NCBI GenBank assembly: GCA_964016885.1
Contig: OZ024747.1
Span: forward strand, 33,356,001 to 33,420,000
Length of the DNA: 64,000 bases
DNA from: Eledone cirrhosa
Lineage: Eukaryota
Direction of reading: 5' to 3'
Below, in pieces: positions 14,801 through 30,000 of this stretch. The first letter of the stretch is position 1. Each line of letters opens with the position of its first letter. Below the pieces are notes generated by a model that saw nothing but the letters and a program-made list of their open reading frames with translations, was not told where the DNA came from and made no database searches. Made by a program: the position numbers and the translations under genes.

Positions 14801-17800
14801 ATGTAACAAACATAACAGAAATAACACTAACAACGTTAACAATAATACATGTAACAGCTATAACATAAATAACTCTAACAACGTTAACAACAATACATGT
14901 AACAACCATAACCGAAATAACACTAACAACGTTAACAACAACCATAACAGAAATAACACTCACAACGGTAACAACAATACATGTAACAACCATAACAGAA
15001 ATAACACTAGTAACGTTAACAACAATACATGTAACAACAATAACAGAAATAACAATAGTAACGTTAAAAACAATACATGTAACAACCATAACAGAAATAA
15101 CACTAACTACGTTAACAACAATACATGTAACGACCATAACAGAAATAACACTAACAACATTAACAACAATACATGTAACAACCATAACAGAAATAACACT
15201 TACAACGTTAACAACAATACATGTAACAACCATAACAGAATAACACTAGCAACGTTAACAACAATACAAGTAACAACCATAACAGAAATAACACTAGCAA
15301 CGTTAACAACAATACATGTAACAAACATAACAGAAATAACACTAGTAACATTAGCAACAATACATGTAACAACCTTAATAGAAATAACTCTAGCAACGTT
15401 AACAACAATATAGGTAACAACCATAACAGAAATAACACTAGCAACGTTAACAACAATACATGTAACAACCATAACAGAAATAACATGGGCAACGTTAACA
15501 ACAATACATGTAACATCCATAACAGAAATAACACTAGTAACGTTAACAACAATACATGTAACAACGATAACAGAAATAACACTAGTAACGTTAGCAACGA
15601 TACATGTCACAACCATAACAGAAATAACACTAACAACGTTAACAACAATACATGTAACAACCATAACAGAAATAATACTAACACCGTTAACAACAACTAT
15701 AACAGAAATAACACTCACAACGGTAACAACAACACGTGTAACAACCATAACAGAAATAACACTAGTAACGTTAACAACAATACATGTAACAACCATAACA
15801 GAAATAACACTAACAACGTTAACAACAATACATGTAACAACCATAACAGAAATAACATTAACAACGTTAACAACAATACATGTAACAACCATAACAGAAA
15901 TAACACTAACAACGTTAACGACAATACATGTAACAACCATAACAGAAATAACACTAACAACGTTAACAACAATACATGTAACAACCATAACAGAAATAAC
16001 ACTAACAACGTTAACAACAATACACGTAACAACCATAACGGAAATAACATTAACAACGTTAACAACAATACATGTAACAACCATAACAGAAATAACACTA
16101 ACAACGTTAACAACAATACATGTAACAACCATAACAGAAATAACACTAACAACGTTAACAACAATACATGTAACAACCATAACAGAAATAACACTAACAA
16201 CGTTAACAACAATACATGTAACAACCATAACAGAAATAACACTAACAACGTTAACAACAATACATGTAACATCCATAACAGAAATAACACTAACAACGTT
16301 AACAACAACACATGTAACAACCAGAACAGAAATAACACTAACAACGTTAACAACAATAGATGTAACAACCATAACAGAAATAACATTAACAACGTTAACA
16401 ACAATACATCTAACACCCATAACAGAAATAACACTAACAACGTTAACAACAATACATGTAACAACCATAACAGAAATAACACTAACAACGTTAACAACAA
16501 TACATGTAACAACCATAACAGAAATAACACTAACAACGTTAACAACAATACATGTAACAACCATAACAGAAATAACACTAACAACGTTAACAACAATACA
16601 TGTAACAACCATATCAGAAATAACACTAACAACGTTACAAACAACTATAACAGAAATAACACTCACAACGGTAACAACAATACATGTAACAACCATAACA
16701 GAAATAACACTAGTAACGTTAACAACAATACGTGTAACAACCATAACAGAAATAACACTAACAGCGTTAACAACAATACATGTAACAACAATAACAGAAA
16801 TAACACTAGTAACGTTAACAACAATACATGTAACAACCATAAAAGAATTAACACTAACAACGTTAACAACAATACAAGTAACAACCATAACAGAAATAAC
16901 ACTAACAACGTTAACAACAACCATAAAAGAAATAACACTAACAACGTTAACAACAATACATGTAACAACTATAACAGAAATAACATTAACAACATTAACA
17001 ACAATACATGTAACAACCATAACAGAAATAACACTAACAACGTAAACAACAATACATGTAACAACCATAAGAGAAATAACACTAACAACATTAACAACAA
17101 TACATGTAACAACCATAACAGAAATAACACTAACAAAGTTAACAACAATACATGTTACAGCCATAACAGAAATAACTCTAACAACCTAAACAACAATACA
17201 TGTAACAACCATAACAGAAATAACACTAACAACGTTAACAACAACCATAACAGAAATAACACTCACAACGGTAACAACAATACATGTAACAACCATAACA
17301 GAAATAACACTAACAACGTTAACAACAATACATGTAACAACCATAACAGAAATAACACTAACAACGTTAACAACAATACATGTAACATCCATAACAGAAA
17401 TAACACTAACAACGTTAACAACAACACATGTAACAACCAGAACAGAAATAACACTAACAACGTTAACAACAATACATGTAACAACCATAACAGAAATAAC
17501 ATTAACAACGTTAACAACAATACATCTAACACCCATAACAGAAATAACACTAACAACGTTAACAACAATACATGTAACAACCATAACAGAAATAACACTA
17601 ACAACGTTAACAACAATACATGTAACAACCATAACAGAAATAACACTAACAACGTTAACAACAATACATGTAACAACCATAACAGAAATAACACTAACAA
17701 CGTTAACAACAATACATGTAACAACCATATCAGAAATAACACTAACAACGTTACAAACAACTATAACAGAAATAACACTCACAACGGTAACAACAATACA

Positions 17801-18440
17801 TGTAACAACCATAACAGAAATAACACTAGTAACGTTAACAACAATACGTGTAACAACCATAACAGAAATAACACTAACAGCGTTAACAACAATACATGTA
17901 ACAACAATAACAGAAATAACACTAGTAACGTTAACAACAATACATGTAACAACCATAAAAGAATTAACACTAACAACGTTAACAACAATACAAGTAACAA
18001 CCATAACAGAAATAACACTAACAACGTTAACAACAACCATAAAAGAAATAACACTAACAACGTTAACAACAATACATGTAACAACCATAACAGAAATAAC
18101 ATTAACAACATTAACAACAATACATGTAACAACCATAACAGAAATAACACTAACAACGTAAACAACAATACATGTAACAACCATAAGAGAAATAACACTA
18201 ACAACATTAACAACAATACATGTAACAACCATAACAGAAATAACACTAACAACGTTTACAACAATACATGTAACAGCCATAACAGAAATAACTCTAACAA
18301 CGTAAACAACAATACATGTAACAACCATAACAGAAATAACACTAACAACGTTAACAACAACCATAACAGAAATAACACTCACAACGGTAACAACAATACA
18401 TGTAACAACCATAACATAAATAACACTAACAACGTTAACA
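5830..18440 (+). repeat. Tandem ~4-kb HOR: partial copy 5830-7041, copy 7042-11396 (4355 bp), copy 11397-15235 (3839 bp), partial copy from 15236
   Basis: Marker GACATAACAGTAACAAAATT is at 5868/10223/14062 and the 47-bp monomer CAGAATAAC at 7042/11397/15236. Twin 816-aa ORFs lie at 8944-11394 and 12783-15233 (offset 3839). 3839 = 74x48 + 8x36 - 1. Confidence 0.92.
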
Positions 18441-19550
18441 ACAATACATGTAACAACCATAACAGAAATAACACTAACAACGTTAACAACAATACATGTA
18501 ACATCCATAACAGAAATAACACTAACAACGTTAACAACAACACATGTAACAACCAGAACAGAAATAACACTAACAACGTTAACAACAACACATGTAACAA
18601 CCATAACAGAAATAACATTAACAACGTTAACAACAATACATCTAAACACCCATAACAGAAATAACACTAACAACGTTAACAACAATACATGTAACAACCA
18701 TAACAGAAATAACACTAACAAAGTTAACAACAATACATGTAACAACCATAACAGAAATAACACTAACAACGTTAACAACAATACATGTAACAACCATAAC
18801 AGAAATGACACTAACAACGTTAACAACAATACATGTAACAACCATATCAGAAATAACACTAACAACGTTACAAACAACTATAACAGAAATAACACTCACA
18901 ACGGTAACGACAATACATGTAACAACCATAACAGAAATAACACTAGTAACGTTAACAACAATACGTGTAACAACCATAACAGAAATAACACTAACAGCGT
19001 TAACAACAATACATGTAACAACAATAACAGAAATAACACTAGTAACGTTAACAACAATACATGTAACAACCATAAAAGAATTAACACTAACAACGTTAAC
19101 AACAATACAAGTAACAACCATAACAGAAATAACACTAACAACGTTAACAACAACCATAAAAGAAATAACACTAACAACGTTAACAACAATACATGTAACA
19201 ACCATAACAGAAATAACATTAACAACATTAACAACAATACATGTAACAACCATAACAGAAATAACACTAACAACGTAAACAACAATACATGTAACAACCA
19301 TAAGAGAAATAACACTAACAACATTAACAACAATACATGTAACAACCATAACAGAAATAACACTAACAACGTTAACAACAATACATGTAACAGCCATAAC
19401 AGAAATAACTCTAACAACGTAAACAACAATACATGTAACAACCATAACAGAAATAACACTAACACCGTTAACAACAACCATAACAGAAATAACACTCACA
19501 ACGGTAACAACAATACATGTAACAACCATAACAGAAATAACACTAACAAC
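16160..19550 (+). repeat. Tandem triplication of a 1116-bp, 24-monomer HOR (21x48 + 3x36)
   Basis: The CATCTAAC marker is at 16407, 17523 and 18639 (the third has an extra A). ORF boundaries are at 16663, 17779 and 18896. The same unit occurs as pairs at 12004/13120 (1116) and 8213/9281 (1068, one monomer fewer). Confidence 0.92.
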
Positions 19551-22500
19551 GTTAACAACAATACATGTAACAACAATAACAGAAATAACACTAGTAACGT
19601 TAACAACAATACATGTAACAAGCATAACAGAAATAACACTAACTACGTTAAGAACAATACATGTAACGACCATAACAGAGATAAAACTAACAACGTTAAC
19701 AACAATACATGTAACAACCATAACAGAAATAACACTAACAACGTTAACAACAATACATGTAACAACCATAACAGAATAACACTAACAACGTTAACAACAA
19801 TACATGTAACAACCATAACAGAAATAACATTTACAACGTTAACAACAATACATGTAACAACCATAACAGAAATAACACTAACAACGTTAACAACAATACA
19901 TGTAACAACCATAACAGAAATAACACTAGTAACGTTAAAAACAATACATGTAACAACCATAACAGAAATAACACTAACGACGTTAACAACAATAGATATA
20001 ACAACCATAACAGAAATAACACTAACAACGTTAACAACAACTATAACAGAAATAACACTCACAACGGTATCAACAATACATGTAACAACAATAACAGAAA
20101 TAACACTAGTAACGTTAACAACAATACGTGTAACAACCATAACAGAAATAACACTAACAACGTTAACAACAATACATGTAACAACCATAACAGAAATAAG
20201 ACTAACAACGTTAACAACAACCATAACAGAAATAACACTAACAACGTTAACAACAATACATGTAACAAACATAACAGAAATAACACTAGTAACGTTAACA
20301 ACAATACATGTAACAACCATAACAGAAATAACACTAACAACGTTAACAACAATACATGTAACAACCATAACAGAAATAACATTAACAAAATTAACAACAA
20401 TACATGTAACAACCATAACAGAAATAACACTAACAACTTTAACAACAATACATGTAACAACCATAACAGAAATAACACTAACAACGTTAACAACAATACA
20501 TGTAACAACCATAACAGAAATAACACTAACAACCTTAACAACAATACATGTAACAGCCATAGCAGAAATAACTCTAACAACGTTAACAACAATACATGTA
20601 ACAACCATAACAGAAATAACACTAACAACGTTAACAACAACCATAACAGAAATAACACTCACAACGGTAACAACAATACATGTAACAACCATAACAGAAA
20701 TAACACTAGTAACGTTAACAACAATACATGTAACAACCATAACAAAAATAACACTAACTACGTTAACAACAATACATGTAACGACCATAACAGAAATAAC
20801 ACTAACAACGTTAACAACAATACATGTAACAACCATAACAGAAATAACACTAGCAACGTTAACAACAATACATGTAACAACCATAACAGAAATAACACTA
20901 GTAACATTCGCAACAATTCATGTAACAACCTTAATAGAAATAACACTAGCAACGTTAACAACAATACATGTAACATCCATAACAGAAATAACACTAGCAA
21001 CGTTAACAACAATACATGTAACAACCATAACAGAAATAACACTAGCAACGTTAACAACAATACGTGTAACAACCATAACAGAAATAACACTAGTAACGTT
21101 AACAACAATACATGTAACAACGATAACAGAAATAACACTAGTAACGTTAGCAACAATACATGTCACAACCATAACAGCAATAACACTAACAACGTTAACA
21201 AAAACTATAACAGAAATAACACTCACAACGGTAACAACAATAAATGTAACAACCATAACAGAAATAACACTAGCAACGTTAACAACAATACATGTAACAA
21301 CCATAACAGAAATAACACTAGCAACGTTAACAACAATACATGTAACAAACATAACAGAAATAACTGTAGCAACGTTAACAACAATACATGTAACAACCAT
21401 AACAGAAATAACACTAGTAACGTTAACAACAATACATGTAACAACGATAACAGAAATAACACTAACAACGTTAACAACAATACATGTAACAACCATAACA
21501 GAAATAACACTAACAACGTTAACAATAATACATGTAACAGCCATAACAGAAATAACTCTAACAACGTTAACAACAATACATGTAACAACCATAACCGAAA
21601 TAACACTAACAACGTTAACAACAACCATAACAGAAATAACACTCACAACGGTAACAACAATACATGTAACAACCATAACAGAAATAACACTAGTAACGTT
21701 AACAACAATACATGTAACAACCATAACAGAAATAACACTAACAACGTTAACAACAATACATGTAACAACAATAACAGAAATAACACTAGTAACGTTAACA
21801 ACAATACATGTAACAACCATAACAGAAATAACACTAACTACGTTAACAACAATACATGTAACGACCATAACAGAAATAACACTAACAACGTTAACAACAA
21901 TATATGTAACAACCATAACAGAAATAACACTAACAACGTTAACAACAATACATGTAACAACCATAACAGAATAACACTAGCAACGTGAACAACAATACAA
22001 GTAACAACCATAACAGAAATAACACTAGCAACGTTAACAACAATACATGTAACAACCATAACAGAAATAACACTAGTAACATTAGCAACAATACATGTAA
22101 CAACCTTAATAAAAATAACACTAGCAACGTGAACAACAATACATGTAACAACCATAACAGAAATAACACTAGCAACGTTAACAACAATACATGTAACAAC
22201 CATAACAGAAATAACATGGGCAACGTTAACAACAATACATGTAACAACCATAACAGAAATAACACTAGTAACGTTAACAACAATACATGTAACAACGATA
22301 ACAGAAATAACACTAGTAACGTTAGCAACAATACATGTCACAACCATAACAGAAATAACACTAACGACGTTAACAACAATACATATAACAACCATAACAG
22401 AAATAACACTAACAACGTTAACAACAACTATAACAGAAATAACACTCACAACGTTAACAACAATACATGTAACAACCATAACAGAAATAACACTAACAAC

Positions 22501-23009
22501 GTTAACAACAATACATGTAACAACCATAACAGAAATAACATAACAACGTTAACAACAACACATGTAACAACCATAACAGAAATAACACTAACAACGTTAA
22601 CAACAATACATGTAACAGCCATAACAGAAATAACACTAACAACGTTAACAACAATACATGTAACAACCATAACAGAAATAACACTAGTAACGTTAACAAC
22701 AACACATGTAACAACAATAACAGAAATAACACTAGTAACGTTAACAACAATACATGTAACAACCATAACCGAAATAACACTAACAACGTTAACAACAATA
22801 CATGTAACAACAATAACAGAAATAAGACTAGTAACGTTAACAACAATACATGTAACAACCATAACAGAAATAACACTAACTACGTTAACAACAATACATG
22901 TAACGACCATAACAGAAATAACACTAACAACGTTAACAACAATACATGTAACAACCATAACAGAAATAACACTAACAACGTTAACAACAATACATGTAAC
23001 AACCATAAC

Positions 23010-26000
23010 AGAATAACACTAGCAACGTTAACAACAATATAAGTAACAACCATAACAGAAATAACACTAGCAACGTTAACAACAATACATGTAACAAACA
23101 TAACAGAAATAACACTAGTAACATTAGCAACAATACATGTAACAACCTTAATAGAAATAACACTAGCAACGTTAACATCAATATAGGTAACAACCATAAC
23201 AGAAATAACACTAGCAACGTTAACAACAACTATAACAGAACTAACACTCACAACGGTAACACCAACACGTGTAACAACCATAACAGAAATAACACTAGTA
23301 ACGTTAACAACAATACATGTAACAACCATAACAGAAATAACACTAACAACGTTAACAACAATACATGCAACAACAATAACGGAAATAACACTAGTAACGT
23401 TAAAAACAATAAATGTAACAACCATAACAGAAATAACACTAACGACGTTAACAACAATACATATAACAACCATAACAGAAATAACACTAACAACGTTAAC
23501 AACAACTATAGCAGAAATAACACTCACAATGGTAACAACAATACATGTAACAACAATAACAGAAATAACACTAGTAACGTTAACAACAATACGTGTAACA
23601 ACCATAACAGAAATAACATGGGCAACGTTAACAACAATACATGTAACAACCATAACAGAAATAACACTAGTAACGTTAACAACAATACATGTAACAACGA
23701 TAACAGAAATAACACTAGTAACTTTAGCAACGATACATGTCACAACCATAACAGAAATAACACTAACAACGTTAACAACAATACATGTAACAACCATAAC
23801 AGAAATAATACTAACACCGTTAACAACAACTATAACAGAAATAACACTCACAACGGTAACAACAACACGTGTAACAACCATAACAGAAATAACACTAGTA
23901 ACGTTAACACCAATACATGTAACAACCATAACAGAAATAACACTAACAACGTTAACAACAATACATGTAACAACCATAACAGAAATAACACTAACAACGT
24001 TAACAACAATACATGTAACAACCATAACAGAAATAACATTAACAACGTTGACAACAATACATGTAACAACGATAACAGAAATAACACTAGTAACGTTAGC
24101 AACAATACATGTCACAACCATAACAGAAATAACACTAACAACGTTAACAACAATACATGTAACAACCATAACAGAAATAATACTAACACCGTTAACAACA
24201 ACTATAACAGAACTAACACTCACAACGGTAACACCAACACGTGTAACAACCATAACAGAAATAACACTAGTAACGTTAACAACAATACATGTAACAACCA
24301 TAACAGAAATAACACTAACAACGTTAACAACAATACATGCAACAACAATAACGGAAATAACACTAGTAACGTTAAAAACAATAAATGTAACAACCATAAC
24401 AGAAATAACACTAACGACGTTAACAACAATACATATAACAACCATAACAGAAATAACACTAACAACGTTAACAACAACTATAGCAGAAATAACACTCACA
24501 ATGGTAACAACAATACATGTAACAACAATAACAGAAATAACACTAGTAACGTTAACAACAATACGTGTAACAACCATAACAGAAATAACACTAACAACGT
24601 TAACAACAATACATGTAACAACCATAACAGAAATAACACTAACAACGTTAACAACAATACATGTAACAACCATAACAGAAATAACACTAACAACGTTAAC
24701 AACAATACATGTAACAACCATAACAGAAATAACATAACAACGTTAACAACAACACATGTAACAACCATAACAGAAATAACACTAACAACGTTAACAACAA
24801 TACATGTAACAGCCATAACAGAAATAACACTAACAACGTTAAAAACGATACATGTAACAACCATAACAGAATAACACTAGCAACGTTAACAACAATACAA
24901 GTAACAACCATAACAGAAATAACACTAGAAACGTTAACAACAGTACATGTAACAAACATAACAGAAATAACACTAGTAACATTAGCAACAATACATGTAA
25001 CAACCTTAATAGAAATAACACTAGCAACGTTAACATCAATATAGGTAACAACCATAACAGAAATAACACTAGCAACGTTAACAACAATACATGTAACAAC
25101 CATAACAGAAATAACATGGGCAACGTTAACAACAATACATGTAACAACCATAACAGAAATAACACTAGTAACGTTAACAACAATACATGTAACAACGATA
25201 ACAGAAATAACACTAGTAACGTTAGCAACGATACATGTCACAACCATAACAGAAATAACACTAACAACGTTAACAACAATACATGTAACAACCATAACAG
25301 AAATAATACTAACACCGTTAACAACAACTATAACAGAAATAACACTCACAACGGTAACAACAACACGTGTAACAACCATAACAGAAATAACACTAGTAAC
25401 GTTAACACCAATACATGTAACAACCATAACAGAAATAACACTAACAACGTTAACAACAATACATGTAACAACCATAACAGAAATAACACTAACAACGTTA
25501 ACAACAATACATGTAACAACCATAACAGAAATAACATAACAACGTTAACAACAACACATGTAACAACCATAACAGAAATAACACTAACAACGTTAACAAC
25601 AATACATGTAACAACCATAACAGAATAACACTAGCAACGTAAACAACAATACAAGTAACAACCATAACAGAAATAACACTAGCAACGTTAACAACAATAC
25701 ATGTAACAAACATAACAGAAATAACACTAGTAACATTAGCAACAATACATGTAACAACCTTAATAGAAATAACACTAGCAACGTTAACATCAATATAGGT
25801 AACAACCATAACAGAAATAACACTAGCAACGTTAACAACAATACATGTAACAACCATAACAGAAATAACATGGGCAACGTTAACAACAATACATGTAACA
25901 ACCATAACAGAAATAACACTAGTAACGTTAACAACAATACATGTAACAACGATAACAGAAATAACACAAGTAACGTTAGCAACGATACATGTCACAACCA

Positions 26001-27030
26001 TAACAGAAATAACACTAACAACGTTAACAACAATACATGTAACAACCATAACAGAAATAATACTAACACCGTTAACAACAACTATAACAGAAATAACACT
26101 CACAACGGTAACAACAACACGTGTAACAACCATAACAGAAATAACACTAGTAACGTTAACACCAATACATGTAACAACCATAACAGAAATAACACTAACA
26201 ACGTTAACAACAATACATGTAACAACCATAACAGAAATAACACTAACAACGTTAACAACAATACATGTAACAACCATAACAGAAATAACTTTAACAACGT
26301 TAACAACAATACATGTAACAACGATAACAGAAATAACACTAGTAACGTTAGCAACAATACATGTCACAACCATAACAGAAATAACACTAACAACGTTAAC
26401 AACAATACATGTAACAACCATAACAGAAATAATACTAACACCGTTAACAACAACTATAACAGAACTAACACTCACAACGGTAAAACCAACACGTGTAACA
26501 ACCATAACAGAAATAACACTAGTAACGTTAACAACAATACATGTAACAACCATAACAGAAATAACACTAACAACGTTAACAACAATACATGTAACAACAA
26601 TAACAGAAATAACACTAGTAACGTTAAAAACAATAAATATAACAACCATAACAGAAATAACACTAACGACGTTAACAACAATACATATAACAACCATAAC
26701 AGAAATAACACTAACAACGTTAATAACAACTATAACAGAAATAACACTCACAATGGTAACAACAATACATGTAACAACAATAACAAAAATAACACTAGTA
26801 ACGTTAACAACAATACGTGTAACAACCATAACAGAAATAACACTAACAACGTTAACAACAATACATGTAACAACCATAACAGAAATAACACTAACAACGT
26901 TAACAACAATACATGTAACAACCATAACAGAAATAACACTAACAACGTTAACGACAATACATGTAACAACCATAACAGAAATAACATAACAACGTTAACA
27001 ACAACACATGTAACAACCATAACAGAAATA
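23010..27030 (+). repeat. Cluster of overlapping short block duplications (offsets 972, 754 and 2252 bp)
   Basis: CATGCAACAACAATAACGG is at 23364/24336 (+972). ATGGGC is at 25116/25870 and CAGAATAAC at 24867/25621 (+754). ORF boundaries 23618/25870, 23848/26100, 24220/26472 and 24496/26748 give +2252. Confidence 0.85.
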
Positions 27031-30000
27031 ACACTCACAACGGTAACAACAATAAATGTAACAACCATAACAGAAATAACACTAGCAACGTTAACAACAA
27101 TACATGTAACAACCATAACAGAAATAACACTAGCAACGTTAACAACAATACATGTAACAAACATAACAGAAATAACAGTAGCAACGTTAACAACAATACA
27201 TGTAACAACCATAACAGAAATAACACTAGTAACGTTAACAACAATACATGTAACAACGATAACAGAAATAACACTAACAACGTTAACAACAATACATGTA
27301 ACAACCATAACAGAAATAACACTAACAACGTTAACAATAATACATGTAACAGCCATAACAGAAATAACTCTAACAACGTTAACAACAATACATGTAACAA
27401 CCATAACCGAAATAACACTAACAATGTTAACAACAACCATAACAGAAATAACACTAGTAACGTTAACAACAATACATGTAACAACCATAACAGAAATAAC
27501 ACTAACAACGTTAACAACAATACATGTAACAACAATAACAGAAATAACACTAGTAACGTTAACAACAATACATGTAACAACCATAACAGAAATAACACTA
27601 ACTACGTTAACAACAATACATGTAACGACCATAACAGAAATAACACTAACAACGTTAACAACAATATATGTAACAACCATAACAGAAATAACACTAACAA
27701 CGTTAACAACAATACATGTAACAACCATAACAGAATAACACTAGCAACGTTAACAACAATACAAGTAACAACCATAACAGAAATAACACTAGTAACATTA
27801 GCAACAATACATGTAACAACCTTAATAGAAATAACACTAGCAACGTTAACAACAATACATGTAACAACCATAAAAGAAATAACACTAGCAACGTTAACAA
27901 CAATACATGTAACAACCATAACAGAAATAACATGGGCAACGTTAACAACAATACATGTAACAACCATAACAGAAATAACACTAGTAACGTTAACAATAAT
28001 ACATGTAACAACGATAACAGAAAAAACACTAGTAACGTTAGCAACAATACATGTCACAAGCATAACAGAAATAACACTAACAACGTTAACAACAATACAT
28101 GTAACAACCATAACAGAAATAATACTAACACCGTTTACAACAACTATAACAGAACTAACACTCACAACGGTAACACCAACACGTGTAACAACCATAACAG
28201 AAATAACACTAGTAACGTTAACAACAATACATGTAACAACCATAACAGAAATAACACTAACAACGTTAACAACAATACATGTAACAACAATAACAGAAAT
28301 AACACTAGTAACGTTAAAAACAATAAATGTAACAACCATAACAGAAATAACACTAACGACGTTAACAACAATACATATAACAACCATAACAGAAATAACA
28401 CTAACAACGTTAACAACAACTATAACAGAAATAACACTCACAATGGTAACAACAATACATGTAACAACAATAACAGAAATAACACTAGTAACGTTAACAA
28501 CAATACGTGTAACAACCATAACATAAGTAACACTAACAACGTTAACAACAATACATGTAACAACCATAACAGAAATAACACTAACAACGTTAACAACAAT
28601 ACATGTAACAACCATAACAGAAATAACACTAACAACGTTAACAACAATACATGTAACAACCATAACAGAAATAACACTAACAACGTTAACAACAATACAT
28701 GTAACAGCCATAACAGAAATAACTCTAACAACGTTAACAACAATACATGTAACAACCATAACAGAAATAACACTAACAACGTTAACAACAACCATAACAG
28801 AAATAACACTCACAACGGTAACAACAATACATGTAACAACCATAACAGAAATAACACTAGTAACGTTAACAACAATACATGTAACAACCATAACAAAAAT
28901 AACACTAACTACGTTAACAACAATACATGTAACGACCATAACAGAAATAACACTAACAACGTTAACAACAATACATGTAACAACCATAACAGAAATAACA
29001 CTAGCAACGTTAACAACAATACATGAAACGACCATAACAGAAATAACACTTCTAACATTAGCAACAATACATGTAACAACCTTAATAGAAATAACACTAG
29101 CAACGTTAACAACAATACATGTAACAGCCATAACAGAAATAACACTAGCAACGTTAACAACAATACATGTAACAACCATAACAGAAATAACACTAGCAAC
29201 GTTAACAACAATACACGTAACAACCATAACAGAAATAACACTAGTAACGTTAACAACAATACATGTAACAACGATAACAGAAATAACACTAGTAACGTTA
29301 GCAACAATACATGTCACAACCATAACAGCAATAACACTAACAACGTTAACAACAACTATAACAGAAATAACACTCACAACGGTAACAACAATAAATGTAA
29401 CAACCATAACAGAAATAACACTAGCAACGTTAACAACAATACATGTAACAACCCTAACAGAAATAACACTAGCAACGTTAACAACAATACATGTAACAAC
29501 CATAAATAGAAATAACAGTAGCAACGTTAACAACAATACATGTAACAACCAAAACAGAAATAACACTAGTAACGTTAACAACAATACATGTAACAACGAT
29601 AACAGAAATAACACTAACAACGTTAACAACAATACATGTAACAACCATAACCGAAATAACACTAACAACGCTAACAACAACCATAACAGAAATAACACTC
29701 ACAACGGTAACAACAATACATGTAACAACCATAACAGAAATAACACTAATAACGTTAACAACAATACATGTAACAACAATAACAGAAATAACACTAGTAA
29801 CGTTAACAACAATACATGTAACAACCATAACAGAAATAACACTAACTACGTTAACAACAATACATGTAACGACCATAACAGAAATAACACTAACAACGTT
29901 AACAACAATATATGTAACAACCATAACAGAAATAACACTAACAACGTTAACAACAATACATGTAACAACCATAACAGAAATAACACTAACAACGTTAACA

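Noticed and set aside
23529-24737. Thr-rich mucin or adhesin-like exon
   Set aside because: Pro and Ser are essentially absent, frequent in-frame TAA variants and frameshifts are propagated through HORs, and there is no flanking non-repeat coding sequence or splice context in 64 kb.
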